A stretch of DNA of 64,000 nucleotides. It comes from Bacilli bacterium (GTDB taxonomy: Bacteria; Bacillota_I; Bacilli_A; ML615J-28; CAG-698). Location of the stretch: positions 96,001-160,000 of the forward strand of contig JBMNLZ010000002.1 in NCBI GenBank assembly GCA_050953065.1, read 5' to 3'. Positions 28,097 to 38,032 of this stretch are shown here, in pieces. The position numbers and the translations under genes were made by a program. The notes below the pieces were generated by a model that did no database searches, was not told the origin of the DNA, and worked only from the letters and a program-made list of their open reading frames with translations. Position 1 is the first letter of the stretch. Every line of letters starts with the position of its first letter.

Positions 28097-28693
28097 ATGA
28101 AATATCCTTTTTCATTAGAAAAACTAATTGAAGATTTTGAGATGTTTCCGGGCATAGGTCCAAAGACTGCCGAAAGGCTTGCTTTATTTACTATTTTAAA
28201 TCTTGAAAAAGAAGATGTTGAAAGATTTAGTCAATCTCTTTTAATTGCAAAATCTAAATTAAGATTTTGTGATGTTTGTGGAAGTATTACTGATGTTAGT
28301 GTCTGTGATATTTGTAGTGATGAAGATAGAGAAAGTAAAATCATTGTTGTAGAGAATACAAAAGATGTAATTACATTTGAAAAAACTAATCAATTTAGAG
28401 GAAAATATCATGTATTAAACGGTGTGATTTCACCTTCTGCTGGAATTGGTCCAGAACAAATTAATTTAGATAAATTAATTAGTAGGGTAGAAGATGAAAA
28501 AATAAATGAAGTAATAATTGCTACTAGTTCGAGTATTAATGGTGAGATTACAGCGATGTATATAGCAAATAAATTAAAAGAAACTAATGCAAAAGTTTAT
28601 AGAATTGGGTATGGTTTACCTGTTGGTGCTGACATAGAGTATACTGATGAAATAACATTAATAAAAGCACTTGAAGGTAAGAAAGAAATATAG
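28097..28693 (+). CDS. recR: Recombination protein RecR
   Basis: PGIGPKTAERL, C4 zinc finger, YHVLNG Toprim. Confidence 0.97.
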   Translation: MKYPFSLEKLIEDFEMFPGIGPKTAERLALFTILNLEKEDVERFSQSLLIAKSKLRFCDVCGSITDVSVCDICSDEDRESKIIVVENTKDVITFEKTNQFRGKYHVLNGVISPSAGIGPEQINLDKLISRVEDEKINEVIIATSSSINGEITAMYIANKLKETNAKVYRIGYGLPVGADIEYTDEITLIKALEGKKEI

Positions 28694-28728
28694 TATAATA
28701 ACAGTGTAGTATTTGAAAGGAGATCAAA

Positions 28729-28980
28729 ATGGAACAAGTTAAAACTTTCATGGCTAATCTTTTCGACAAGGCTAACAATGTATTGAAGCCAATTGTAGAT
28801 GCAGTTTTAGGTTTATTTAATGGTGAACATTACGTACTTTATACATTATTTGGTATTTGGGTAGCAATCCTAATAATAATTGGTTTAATTGCATTTGTTA
28901 TGAAGGGTACTAAGCCTTTTATATTACTTGTCGTGCTAACTGCCATTGTGTTTGCCGCGTGGTTTTTTTTCGTTAAGTAG
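28729..28980 (+). CDS. Small hypothetical membrane protein
   Basis: AAGGAG RBS, two TM segments, followed by a terminator at about 28987-29022. Confidence 0.75.
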   Translation: MEQVKTFMANLFDKANNVLKPIVDAVLGLFNGEHYVLYTLFGIWVAILIIIGLIAFVMKGTKPFILLVVLTAIVFAAWFFFVK

Positions 28981-29147
28981 TTAAATAAAAGATTAATACA
29001 CCTTTTTGTATTAATCTTTTTTCTTTTGTCTTATTTGATAAAAAAATTTAAAATATCTAAATTGTTATTAGTAAATAAACTAATTTTTATAAAAAAATTA
29101 TAGGTTAAATTGCGAGTTTATTAAATGGTTAATCAAGGAGAGTAATA

Positions 29148-30290
29148 ATGGAAGAAAATAAAGCAATAGAAACTAAAAAAATAATTCACGAAAGTATTGA
29201 AGTTAGATTAGAAAATCTTACAAAAGAATTTCCAAATAAAAATGGTCAAAAAACAATTGCTGTTAATAATTTTTCTGTAACAATCGAAGCAGGAAAATTG
29301 ATTGGTTTGTTAGGACCATCTGGTTGTGGGAAGTCAACGACACTTTATTTAATTGCAGGGTTATTAAAACCAACAGAAGGTAAGATTTATTTTGGAGAAG
29401 AAGATGTTACTTCAATGCCTCCTGAAAAAAGAGGGATAGGTTTAGTTTTCCAAAACTATGCTTTATACCCACATATGACAGTTAGACAAAATATAGTTTT
29501 TCCATTAGAAAATATGGGAGTTCCTAAAGAGGAAAGAAATGCTTTAGCTCAAGAAATGGCAGAGCTTGTTCATATCGGCGATTTGATGGATAGAAAACCA
29601 AATCAATTAAGTGGTGGTCAACAACAACGTGTTGCGATTGCTAGAGCTTTAGTTAAAAAACCTAAAGTATTATTATTAGATGAACCCTTATCAAATCTAG
29701 ATGCAAGATTAAGACTTCAAACTAGAGAAGAAATAAAAAGGATTCAAAGAGAAACTGGAATTACTACGATATTTGTTACTCACGATCAAGAAGAAGCGAT
29801 GAGTATTTCAGATGAAATTGTCGTAATGAATTACGGACTTTTACAACAAAAAGAACATCCTCAAGAAGTATATGATAATCCTATCAATATGTTTGTTGCG
29901 AAGTTTTTGGGGAATCCTCCAATTAATACAATTAAAGGCTTTATTAAAAAGAATTCTTTATATGTTGAGGATAGTAAAAGTGTTGATTTAGAATTAAAGG
30001 ATAAAACTGGTACTTTAATTGAAGAATTAAAAGCAGAAAATCAAGAAGTATATATTGGAATTAGACCAGAATTTTTTAAGGTTAGTAAAGATGGTAAGAT
30101 AAAAGGTTTAGTTGAAATTGTTGAACATATTGGTAGAGATGTAATGACGATTGTTAAAATAGTTGATACTGATCTTTCATTTAGAGCAATTATACCAAAC
30201 GATACAAAAATTAAAGTTGGTGAAGAAATAAAATTTAGTTATTCTAAGTACTTTGTCTTTAATGCAAGTACAGGAGAAAGGATTAAATAA
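29148..30290 (+). CDS. ABC transporter ATP-binding protein (MalK/UgpC-like)
   Basis: GPSGCGKST, LSGGQQQR, LLLDEPLSNLD. Confidence 0.95.
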   Translation: MEENKAIETKKIIHESIEVRLENLTKEFPNKNGQKTIAVNNFSVTIEAGKLIGLLGPSGCGKSTTLYLIAGLLKPTEGKIYFGEEDVTSMPPEKRGIGLVFQNYALYPHMTVRQNIVFPLENMGVPKEERNALAQEMAELVHIGDLMDRKPNQLSGGQQQRVAIARALVKKPKVLLLDEPLSNLDARLRLQTREEIKRIQRETGITTIFVTHDQEEAMSISDEIVVMNYGLLQQKEHPQEVYDNPINMFVAKFLGNPPINTIKGFIKKNSLYVEDSKSVDLELKDKTGTLIEELKAENQEVYIGIRPEFFKVSKDGKIKGLVEIVEHIGRDVMTIVKIVDTDLSFRAIIPNDTKIKVGEEIKFSYSKYFVFNASTGERIK

Positions 30291-31255
30291 TGTTAGAGTA
30301 TAAAAAAGATGGATTAAAAGCAAGTGTTGCTTTAATGCCTACTTTACTACTAATGGCAGTCTTTACTTTCTGGCCTATCTTTAGAACTTTAGTAACTGCC
30401 TTTATGGAAGGCTATAATACTAATATGAGTTTTATAGAGTTCTTTCAAAGATTGGGTTCGTCAACTAAGCTTACTCTAAGATGGTTTAAAGATATCTTTG
30501 TAATTCAAGATGGCTTGTTTTTAAAATCATTAAGGAACACTTTTGAAATGGCAATTATTTCAGTTCCAATTTCAATTATAGTTTCTTTGTTTATTGCAGT
30601 AGCATTAAATGGAATTAAAAAAGGTCAAGGAATTCTTCAAACAATTTTCTTTTTACCATATGTTACGAATTCAATTGCTTTAGGGATGGTATTCTCATTT
30701 ATCTTTAGTAGTAATTATGGACTAATTAATGCTTTAATTGAAGCATTTGGTGGAGAGCCTCAAGCTTGGATTTTTAGGATTACTTCAACGGGCGCTCAAC
30801 CTACTAGAGCATCGATTCTTTTTGTATTAATGGTCTATACAGTTTGGAATGGTCTTGCTTTTAAAATTATTGTGTTTTTATCGGGACTTCAAAGTATTGA
30901 TAAACAATATTATCAAGCTGCTCAAATTGATGGGGCATCTCGTTGGACTGTGTTTAGAAGAATTACAGTACCTCTATTATCACCAATGATACTTTATATT
31001 ACGATTACTTCTTTGATCGGTGCGTTTAAAGCGTATAATAGCGTTATCGCGATTTTTGGACATAATAAATTTGGACCATCATCTAGTCCAAATGAATTTA
31101 TTACAGTAGTTGGGTTTATTTATAAATATTTGCCTTTACATAATAATACAAACTATTTAAGTGTAGTCTCAGCTGGTTCTTTAATTTTGTTTTCAATTAT
31201 AATGCTTATCACTTTAATCCAATTTTATGTTGGTAAAAAGAGAGTGCATTATTAA
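30290..31255 (+). CDS. CUT1 ABC permease (MalF/UgpA-like)
   Basis: EAA-like loop YQAAQIDGAS; multiple TM helices. Confidence 0.93.
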   Translation: MLEYKKDGLKASVALMPTLLLMAVFTFWPIFRTLVTAFMEGYNTNMSFIEFFQRLGSSTKLTLRWFKDIFVIQDGLFLKSLRNTFEMAIISVPISIIVSLFIAVALNGIKKGQGILQTIFFLPYVTNSIALGMVFSFIFSSNYGLINALIEAFGGEPQAWIFRITSTGAQPTRASILFVLMVYTVWNGLAFKIIVFLSGLQSIDKQYYQAAQIDGASRWTVFRRITVPLLSPMILYITITSLIGAFKAYNSVIAIFGHNKFGPSSSPNEFITVVGFIYKYLPLHNNTNYLSVVSAGSLILFSIIMLITLIQFYVGKKRVHY

Positions 31256-31268
31256 GGGGGAATGAAAA

Positions 31269-32168
31269 ATGAACAGTAATTTATATTTAGAAGGCAAAGA
31301 ATTAAGAAGATTTAAAACTAAGAGAATGATTAATCAAATATTGATTTATTTCTTCTTAGCTTTAATTGCATTGTTTGTTTTGATTCCTTTTTACTGGATG
31401 TTAGCAACTGCAGTTAAAAGTGATGCTGAGTTGGTTAAAGGCGTAACGTTTTTCCCTCAGGATTGGGCTTTTGAAAACTTTGGGAAAGTGTTTATAAGGG
31501 CACCATATTTTGGAAGGTATTTTTTAAATACAATTATTGTTGGAACTTTAACTACAATTGGAACTTTAATAACTACAATTTTAGCAGCGTTTGCTTTTGC
31601 AAGACTTAATTTCAAAGGTAAGAATGTTTTGTTTACAATTTTGCTTGCAACAATGATGATTCCAGGAGAGGTATTTGTTATTTCTAACTTTGTTACTATT
31701 GGAAGTTTTGGTAAAATTCCTTTCCTTAGTTGGGCAGGAAAAGAAACATTTGGAGCCTTAGTATTACCGTTTATTACAAGTGTCTTTTATATTTTCTTTT
31801 TAAGACAAACATTTAAACAAATTCCAAATGAATTATATTTAGCAGCAAAAGTTGATGGAACTAGTGATTTTAAGTATTTATGGAAAGTTATGATTCCAAT
31901 GGCGAAAGCTACTATTACAACGATTTTTATTTTAAGTATGATGGGGGCATGGAATGCTTATATTTGGCCAACTTTAGTTGCTAATAGTGAAAAGATGCGT
32001 TTAGTAACAAATGGACTAATGCAATCATTTACAGATGAATCTGGACAAACTCCAGACAACTTAAGAATGGCAGCAACAACTTTAGTTACCATCCCATTAT
32101 TAATTGTTTTCATATGTTTAAGAAAGTATATTATGCGAGGAGTTTCTCGTAGTGGTATAAAAGGTTAA
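31269..32168 (+). CDS. CUT1 ABC permease (MalG/UgpE-like)
   Basis: LYLAAKVDG, WNAYIWP. Confidence 0.93.
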   Translation: MNSNLYLEGKELRRFKTKRMINQILIYFFLALIALFVLIPFYWMLATAVKSDAELVKGVTFFPQDWAFENFGKVFIRAPYFGRYFLNTIIVGTLTTIGTLITTILAAFAFARLNFKGKNVLFTILLATMMIPGEVFVISNFVTIGSFGKIPFLSWAGKETFGALVLPFITSVFYIFFLRQTFKQIPNELYLAAKVDGTSDFKYLWKVMIPMAKATITTIFILSMMGAWNAYIWPTLVANSEKMRLVTNGLMQSFTDESGQTPDNLRMAATTLVTIPLLIVFICLRKYIMRGVSRSGIKG

Positions 32169-32183
32169 TGAAAGGAGAAAAAT

Positions 32184-33692
32184 ATGAAAAAACTTATTAG
32201 TGTATTATTTATTTTAGGAATGGCTTTTATTTTAACTGCCTGTGGTGAAAAGCGAAGCAGTAAAGTTAATTTAGTTAGCATGGAAGAATTTGAAGCTCAA
32301 GAAAATATTCAAATTACATTTAGAGTATCATTTGGTCAAGCAATTACACCATATGTTCAAGGCTTAATTGATAGTTTTAATGAAAAGTATGATAACGTTA
32401 CTTGTACAATGGAAGTAGTTGGTGGATATGATAATTTGTTAACTCAAACAAAATTAGATGTTCAAGGTAATACTGCACCAACTCTTGTAATTGGTTATCC
32501 TGACCATATCGCAGCTTATCTATTATCAGATGGAGTTGTTCCGTTAGATGATTTTATGAATAGCGCTGAAGTTGGGTTTAGTGAAGCTGATATGGCTGAT
32601 TTTATTCCTGCGTATTTAGCAGAAAATAATAAATACGATAAAGGGGGAACTTATTATAGTTTGCCATTTAACAAATCAACAGAAGTATTAGTTTATAATA
32701 AAGCTTTCTTTGAACATTTTGAATTAGAGGCTCCTACTACTTGGCAAGAAATGGAAACTCTTACAAAAGATATTGTTGAGATTGTTAAATCAGGAGATGC
32801 TGATAATACTTGGTCACCAGGACTTACAATGTCAACAATGAATGACTTTGTTCCATTAAACTATGACTCAGATTCTAACTTCTTTATTACAACTGCTCAT
32901 CAATGGGGTGGTGTTTATACATCAAGTGCTTTAAAACTTGATGGAGGAGTTAATCTAGAAAAGGGTAAAATGGATTTTGCTGATAGCACACTTAATGCTA
33001 AAACTGTTGAAGGTTTAACATTTATGCAAAATATGGCAAGTTATACTTATGAATCAAAAGCTGCACCATTAGTAACAACACCTAAATATTGGGAAGAAGC
33101 TTATGGAAGCAATCCATTTAAACAAGGTAAATGTGTGATGACAATTGGTTCTACTGCAGGGGTTTCTCATAACCAAGGTGGAGTGGCTACTAATTTAGGC
33201 TATGCACCAATTCCATATGATACGAATAGTGCTATTAAAACAGTTATTCAACAAGGAACAAATATTGCGATTCTTTCACAAGCAGATGATTATCAAAGAA
33301 TGGCTGCATGGTTATTTGTTAAACATTGTTTAAGTTTAGAAGGAACTATTGAATTCGCAGTTGGAACTGGGTATTTCCCTGTAAGAAATTCTGCTTATAA
33401 TTATAATCCTGAAATTGCTGAAGGAGAAAATGAAATAAACGATAAAGCAAAAGTTTATTATGATTTTCTAACTACTCCAACAATTGAACAAATTGCTAAA
33501 TCTAAAGTAGCTCAAGTTATTCAATCATATAAGGAATTAGGGTATGTTTATTATGTAGACCCTGCATGGAGTGGATCAGCTGATGTTAGAGTTGAAGTTG
33601 GTGTTGCAATGGAACAAATAGTAATTGATAAACTTGCAATTCAAACTGCTTTAACAGATGCTAAAAATAGAGTGCCTACACTAGATTTTTAG
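32184..33692 (+). CDS. ABC substrate-binding lipoprotein
   Basis: Lipobox LTAC, YSLPFNKSTE, PTTWQE, QQGTNI, TGYFPVR. Confidence 0.9.
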   Translation: MKKLISVLFILGMAFILTACGEKRSSKVNLVSMEEFEAQENIQITFRVSFGQAITPYVQGLIDSFNEKYDNVTCTMEVVGGYDNLLTQTKLDVQGNTAPTLVIGYPDHIAAYLLSDGVVPLDDFMNSAEVGFSEADMADFIPAYLAENNKYDKGGTYYSLPFNKSTEVLVYNKAFFEHFELEAPTTWQEMETLTKDIVEIVKSGDADNTWSPGLTMSTMNDFVPLNYDSDSNFFITTAHQWGGVYTSSALKLDGGVNLEKGKMDFADSTLNAKTVEGLTFMQNMASYTYESKAAPLVTTPKYWEEAYGSNPFKQGKCVMTIGSTAGVSHNQGGVATNLGYAPIPYDTNSAIKTVIQQGTNIAILSQADDYQRMAAWLFVKHCLSLEGTIEFAVGTGYFPVRNSAYNYNPEIAEGENEINDKAKVYYDFLTTPTIEQIAKSKVAQVIQSYKELGYVYYVDPAWSGSADVRVEVGVAMEQIVIDKLAIQTALTDAKNRVPTLDF

Positions 33693-33702
33693 GTAATAAA
33701 AA

Positions 33703-34962
33703 ATGTTAAAAAAATATTTAAAAATTTTATTAATAATACTTCTTTTGGTTTTGTCTGCTTGTAAAAAAACAGAAGAACCTATAGAAGATAAACAAGACTT
33801 ACAACTAGATACTAGATATACTGATGCGTTAGAATTAACTACTAGTTTTGAAGGTAAAGAGTTTATTACTCATGGAATAGGCAAAGTATCTTTAGGGCTA
33901 TGTGTTGATGGAGATACAATAACTGTAAGAAGTGGAGCATCTAATATTACTATTAGATTTTTAGGAATTAATACACCTGAATCAACAGGAAAAGTTGAAC
34001 CTTGGGGGAAACCTGCTAGTGCTTTTGTCAAAGATAAACTTACCAATGCTGATGCTATTGTTTTAGAAGCAGAAGGCGAAAGGACAGATAACAATGGAAG
34101 ATATTTAGCTTGGGTTTGGTATCAACCAAAAGGGCAAGATAAATATAGATTGCTTAACTTAGAAATTGTTGAAGAAGCATATTCGTTTTTTACAATGTCT
34201 TCTACTAAATATCATGAAACTTTTATCTCAGCTCATTATAAAAATACAAATATTAAGAAAAGACTTTATGGAGAAACTGATCCAAGTTTTTCTACTTCAA
34301 AAGAAGCACTTGATACTACAATTGCATATGTTTTATCAGGTAAAGAAGAATATTTAACTGGAACAGTATTTAATTTAACTGTTCAAGTGTTAAGAACTGT
34401 TGGAGATGATTTCTTTGTCAGAGACATTCAGGCTACCGATATTGATGGTGAAGTAGTTTATGGTGATATCTTTGTTTTTGGATTTTATGGAGTAAGTTAT
34501 TATACTTATTTACAAATTGGAGATATAGTTAATTTTGAATGTAAATTTGATATTGCTGGAAATTATGGAGACCAAATTACCGATGTTAGGAAACTAAAAA
34601 TTCTTCGTAATGAAGAAGTTAATTTAGATATAATTGATTCAAGTGATATTACCAATTTAAGTGCATATAAAGGTAGAGTAATTACAGTTGATAATTTAAT
34701 TTATAAAGGTTATTATCAATCTCAAAATGATAAAGCTGCTAACCCCGAACAATATACTTTAAAATTTGAATCAAATACTGGTAAAAAATTTGATGTAAGA
34801 ATAGGGAACCGTCTTATCTCAAGATATGATGTAGATAGCTTAGTAGTAGATGAGGTATATGCTGTAACTGGCGGAGTAAGCTATTATGAGTTTGCTAATG
34901 ATTCATATCAATTATTATTAGGTGACAAAAACAAATCAAATGATATTGTTTTGAAAGAATAA
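33703..34962 (+). CDS. Thermonuclease (SNase-like) lipoprotein with C-terminal OB-like domains
   Basis: Lipobox LSAC, VDGDTI, IRFLGINTPE, GRYLAWVW. Confidence 0.88.
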   Translation: MLKKYLKILLIILLLVLSACKKTEEPIEDKQDLQLDTRYTDALELTTSFEGKEFITHGIGKVSLGLCVDGDTITVRSGASNITIRFLGINTPESTGKVEPWGKPASAFVKDKLTNADAIVLEAEGERTDNNGRYLAWVWYQPKGQDKYRLLNLEIVEEAYSFFTMSSTKYHETFISAHYKNTNIKKRLYGETDPSFSTSKEALDTTIAYVLSGKEEYLTGTVFNLTVQVLRTVGDDFFVRDIQATDIDGEVVYGDIFVFGFYGVSYYTYLQIGDIVNFECKFDIAGNYGDQITDVRKLKILRNEEVNLDIIDSSDITNLSAYKGRVITVDNLIYKGYYQSQNDKAANPEQYTLKFESNTGKKFDVRIGNRLISRYDVDSLVVDEVYAVTGGVSYYEFANDSYQLLLGDKNKSNDIVLKE

Positions 34963-34983
34963 AAAAGGAGGAAAATTTAAAAA

Positions 34984-37878
34984 ATGAATCTTAAAAAAAT
35001 TATTATTAGTTTTGTAGTATTGTTTTTAGGAGTAGTTTTGGTAGCATGTGATAAAGAGGTAGAAAACCTTGCTGAAACATATATCCAAAACATCAATCTT
35101 CTAAATCCAGCAGCAATTGTTGATGATATTCAATTGCAAAAGAAAATCAGTGGCCAAGGAAGTGTTACTTGGGTATCTGATAATGAAGCGGTAGTTAAAA
35201 TTGAGGAGTATGTTGATGAAACTTTAGCCGCAAGTTTCTTTAAAGGTAGTGTTACTAGACCAGCAGTTGGCGAAGAAGATGTTGTCGTAACATTAACAGT
35301 AACTTATACATTAGATGGACAAACAGCAACTAGAGAAATTAAAATTAAAGTTTTAGCAGAACCAGCTGCTTTGTCAATTTCTGAAATTTTGTCAATGAGT
35401 GTAGGAGATGAAGTTTTAGCAGAAGGTGTTGTTGCAGCACTTACTCCTAAGGGATTCTTACTTAGTGATGAGACAGAAATGATTTATGTTTATCAAAATG
35501 CAACACCTACAGTTTTAGTAGGTGATACAGTTAAGGTTAGTGGTAAAATTGCAGTATATCATAGCGCTAAACAAATCTCTAATCCAACTATTACTAAATT
35601 AAATACAGAAGCAGGAACTTATACTTATCCTGAGGCTGTAAAGGTTACAGCAGATTCTTTAGCAAAGCTTTATAATAAAGACAGTAAAAACTTTAATAAT
35701 CTTTATGAAATTAAAGGCATTATTGAATTAAAAGGAACTTATAATGATATCTATATTAAGGATTTTGAAAATCCTGATATCGCAATCTATCTTCAATATA
35801 GTTATATTAACGCAGAAAATGCTACTTTATTTAAAGGTAAAAATGGCGCTGTAGTAAGTTTTAAAGCTTATTCAGTATGTCTTGATAATGATTATTATGA
35901 TGATGTAGTAGCTTTGATGTATTTAGATCAAACTTTTGTTGAATACACTGATACTGTTGCTTACTTAACAGTTAGTGGAAGAAACATGATTGATATTGTT
36001 AATCCTCGTCAATATGAAGCAACTCTTTATCCTGCAGTAGAAGATACTACAGTTATTTGGTCAACAAGCGATGAAGAAATTGCAACAGTTGATGAAACTG
36101 GTAGAGTAACAGCACTTGCAGTAGGTGAGGTTGATATCATTGCTACAGTTGGTAATATTACTAATAAAAAAACAATTACAGTTGTAGAAGAGTTAGCAGA
36201 TCCAACTACAGTTAATATTGCAGGAGATGCAGAGATTGTTGAGTTTGGTATTGCAAACTATACATCAAGTGTAGAACCAGAAAATGCAGACCCTTCTGTA
36301 ACATGGAGTGTTGATGATGAGACTATTGCAACAATAGATCAAACTGGTAAATTAATTGCTAATAAAGTTGGTAAAGTTACAGTTAAAGCAACTGCAACAG
36401 GAACTGAAGTGTTTGGAACTAAAGAAGTTAATGTTGTTGCGATGGAAATATCTGATATTTCAACTTTACTTCCAACATTAAGTGCAACTCCACAAACAGT
36501 ATCTCTTAAGGGTGAAATAGTAGGTATTGCTGCTAAAGGTTGGTATTTAGCTGATAGTACTGGATATGTATACATACACCTAAATAAAACTCCAACTGGA
36601 GTTACAGTAGGTGATACTGTAAGAATTGCAGTTAAGAAAGCTCAAATTTATTTGAATACTAATAACTATGTATATCAAATGGATGCAAGAGGCGATGGTG
36701 AAATATATGTATATCCTATTGAAGAAGACTTTACTGAAATTCCAACAGTTGACAAAGCAATAGATACTTTTGAATATGATAATAAAACAGATGTAACAAA
36801 AGACTATGTAGAAGCTATGGGAACTATGGAAGTATATGGCAAAAAGTGGGTTAGCGTTACTGGTAAATTAATTAAATTTGGAAGTTATAATAACCTATAT
36901 TTAGAATCAGCTACTAATAAAGTTATGATTGACTATAATACTGATGCTGAAGCTCTAGCAAGACTTGGATATTTAATAAATGAAACTATTACTTTAAAAG
37001 GTTTAGTATATGGATTTAATAAGACTAATGGTTGGAGTATTACATTCTTTAATAGAGATGGTGACTTAAAACAAGGTGACACTGTTTTAGAAGTTAAACC
37101 AACTATTATGAAAGTTGATGAAATTAAAAATGAATTAAGAAATTACTATCCAAATCAAGTTGAAGAAAATATAACTCTTGATTTTGCATCAACTTTATAT
37201 CCTGATGCAGCGTTTACTTATTCATCAAATAAACCTGAATCATTAAGTAATGAAGGTATAGTTGTAAGAGGAACTGAAGATGTAGAAGTTACTTTAACTA
37301 TGTCAGTTTATTTAGATGGAAATACAGCAGGTGATGCTGATGGAACAATTGACATTGTTATTAATGTAATAGCAGAAGGTGGTGTACCTCTTTCAACAAT
37401 CTATTCAACTGGATTTGAAGCAGATGAAGGATTTGTAGCAACTTCAAGTTATCAAAATACTGATCCTAGATACCAAGGAGCAGAAGGTGCACAATGGGCT
37501 ATCATTATGGGTGCTGTTACTACTACAGGTAAAATTACAGATTTACAAAGCTTACAAATGAGATCTTATACTTCGTTACCAGATACATATGGTTCAGCTA
37601 TTACGAATTTTAATATCGCTAATGCTCATAAAGTGACATTTAAAGCTAATGCTTATAATAACCCAGGAACTGCATTAAAGGTCTATTACTCAACTGATGG
37701 TGGGACAACTTGGCTTGGCGAAGAAACATTTACAATTGTTAAAGCAGTAGGCGAATTCACATACAACTTACCAGAAGGCGGAGTTAATAATGTAAGATTT
37801 AAGCTTGAACATGCCCTTAAAGGTGTAGATAATAGATTAACAATTGATGAATTTACAGTAATTGGAATCTCATCATAA
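34984..37878 (+). CDS. Large lipoprotein with Ig-like and OB-fold-like repeats
   Basis: Lipobox LVAC; KGFLLSD..IYVY..VGDTVKV and KGWYLAD..VYIH..VGDTVRI repeats; WSTSDEEIATVD Big_2 repeats. Confidence 0.75.
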   Translation: MNLKKIIISFVVLFLGVVLVACDKEVENLAETYIQNINLLNPAAIVDDIQLQKKISGQGSVTWVSDNEAVVKIEEYVDETLAASFFKGSVTRPAVGEEDVVVTLTVTYTLDGQTATREIKIKVLAEPAALSISEILSMSVGDEVLAEGVVAALTPKGFLLSDETEMIYVYQNATPTVLVGDTVKVSGKIAVYHSAKQISNPTITKLNTEAGTYTYPEAVKVTADSLAKLYNKDSKNFNNLYEIKGIIELKGTYNDIYIKDFENPDIAIYLQYSYINAENATLFKGKNGAVVSFKAYSVCLDNDYYDDVVALMYLDQTFVEYTDTVAYLTVSGRNMIDIVNPRQYEATLYPAVEDTTVIWSTSDEEIATVDETGRVTALAVGEVDIIATVGNITNKKTITVVEELADPTTVNIAGDAEIVEFGIANYTSSVEPENADPSVTWSVDDETIATIDQTGKLIANKVGKVTVKATATGTEVFGTKEVNVVAMEISDISTLLPTLSATPQTVSLKGEIVGIAAKGWYLADSTGYVYIHLNKTPTGVTVGDTVRIAVKKAQIYLNTNNYVYQMDARGDGEIYVYPIEEDFTEIPTVDKAIDTFEYDNKTDVTKDYVEAMGTMEVYGKKWVSVTGKLIKFGSYNNLYLESATNKVMIDYNTDAEALARLGYLINETITLKGLVYGFNKTNGWSITFFNRDGDLKQGDTVLEVKPTIMKVDEIKNELRNYYPNQVEENITLDFASTLYPDAAFTYSSNKPESLSNEGIVVRGTEDVEVTLTMSVYLDGNTAGDADGTIDIVINVIAEGGVPLSTIYSTGFEADEGFVATSSYQNTDPRYQGAEGAQWAIIMGAVTTTGKITDLQSLQMRSYTSLPDTYGSAITNFNIANAHKVTFKANAYNNPGTALKVYYSTDGGTTWLGEETFTIVKAVGEFTYNLPEGGVNNVRFKLEHALKGVDNRLTIDEFTVIGISS

Positions 37879-37894
37879 TAAAGAAATTTAATTT

Positions 37895-37936
37895 TAAAAA
37901 TACTTCTTTTAAAGAAATTTAAAAGAAGTATTTTTT
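37895..37936 (+). terminator. Operon terminator
   Basis: AAAAATACTTCTTTTAAA...TTTAAAAGAAGTATTTTT. Confidence 0.8.
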
Positions 37937-38032
37937 ATTTTATTAGATTAACTATAAACAAAATATTTATTTACATTAAAAAAAATGTTATAATAAAGTT
38001 AATCTTTTTATTATTATTTTAGGAGGCTTATT

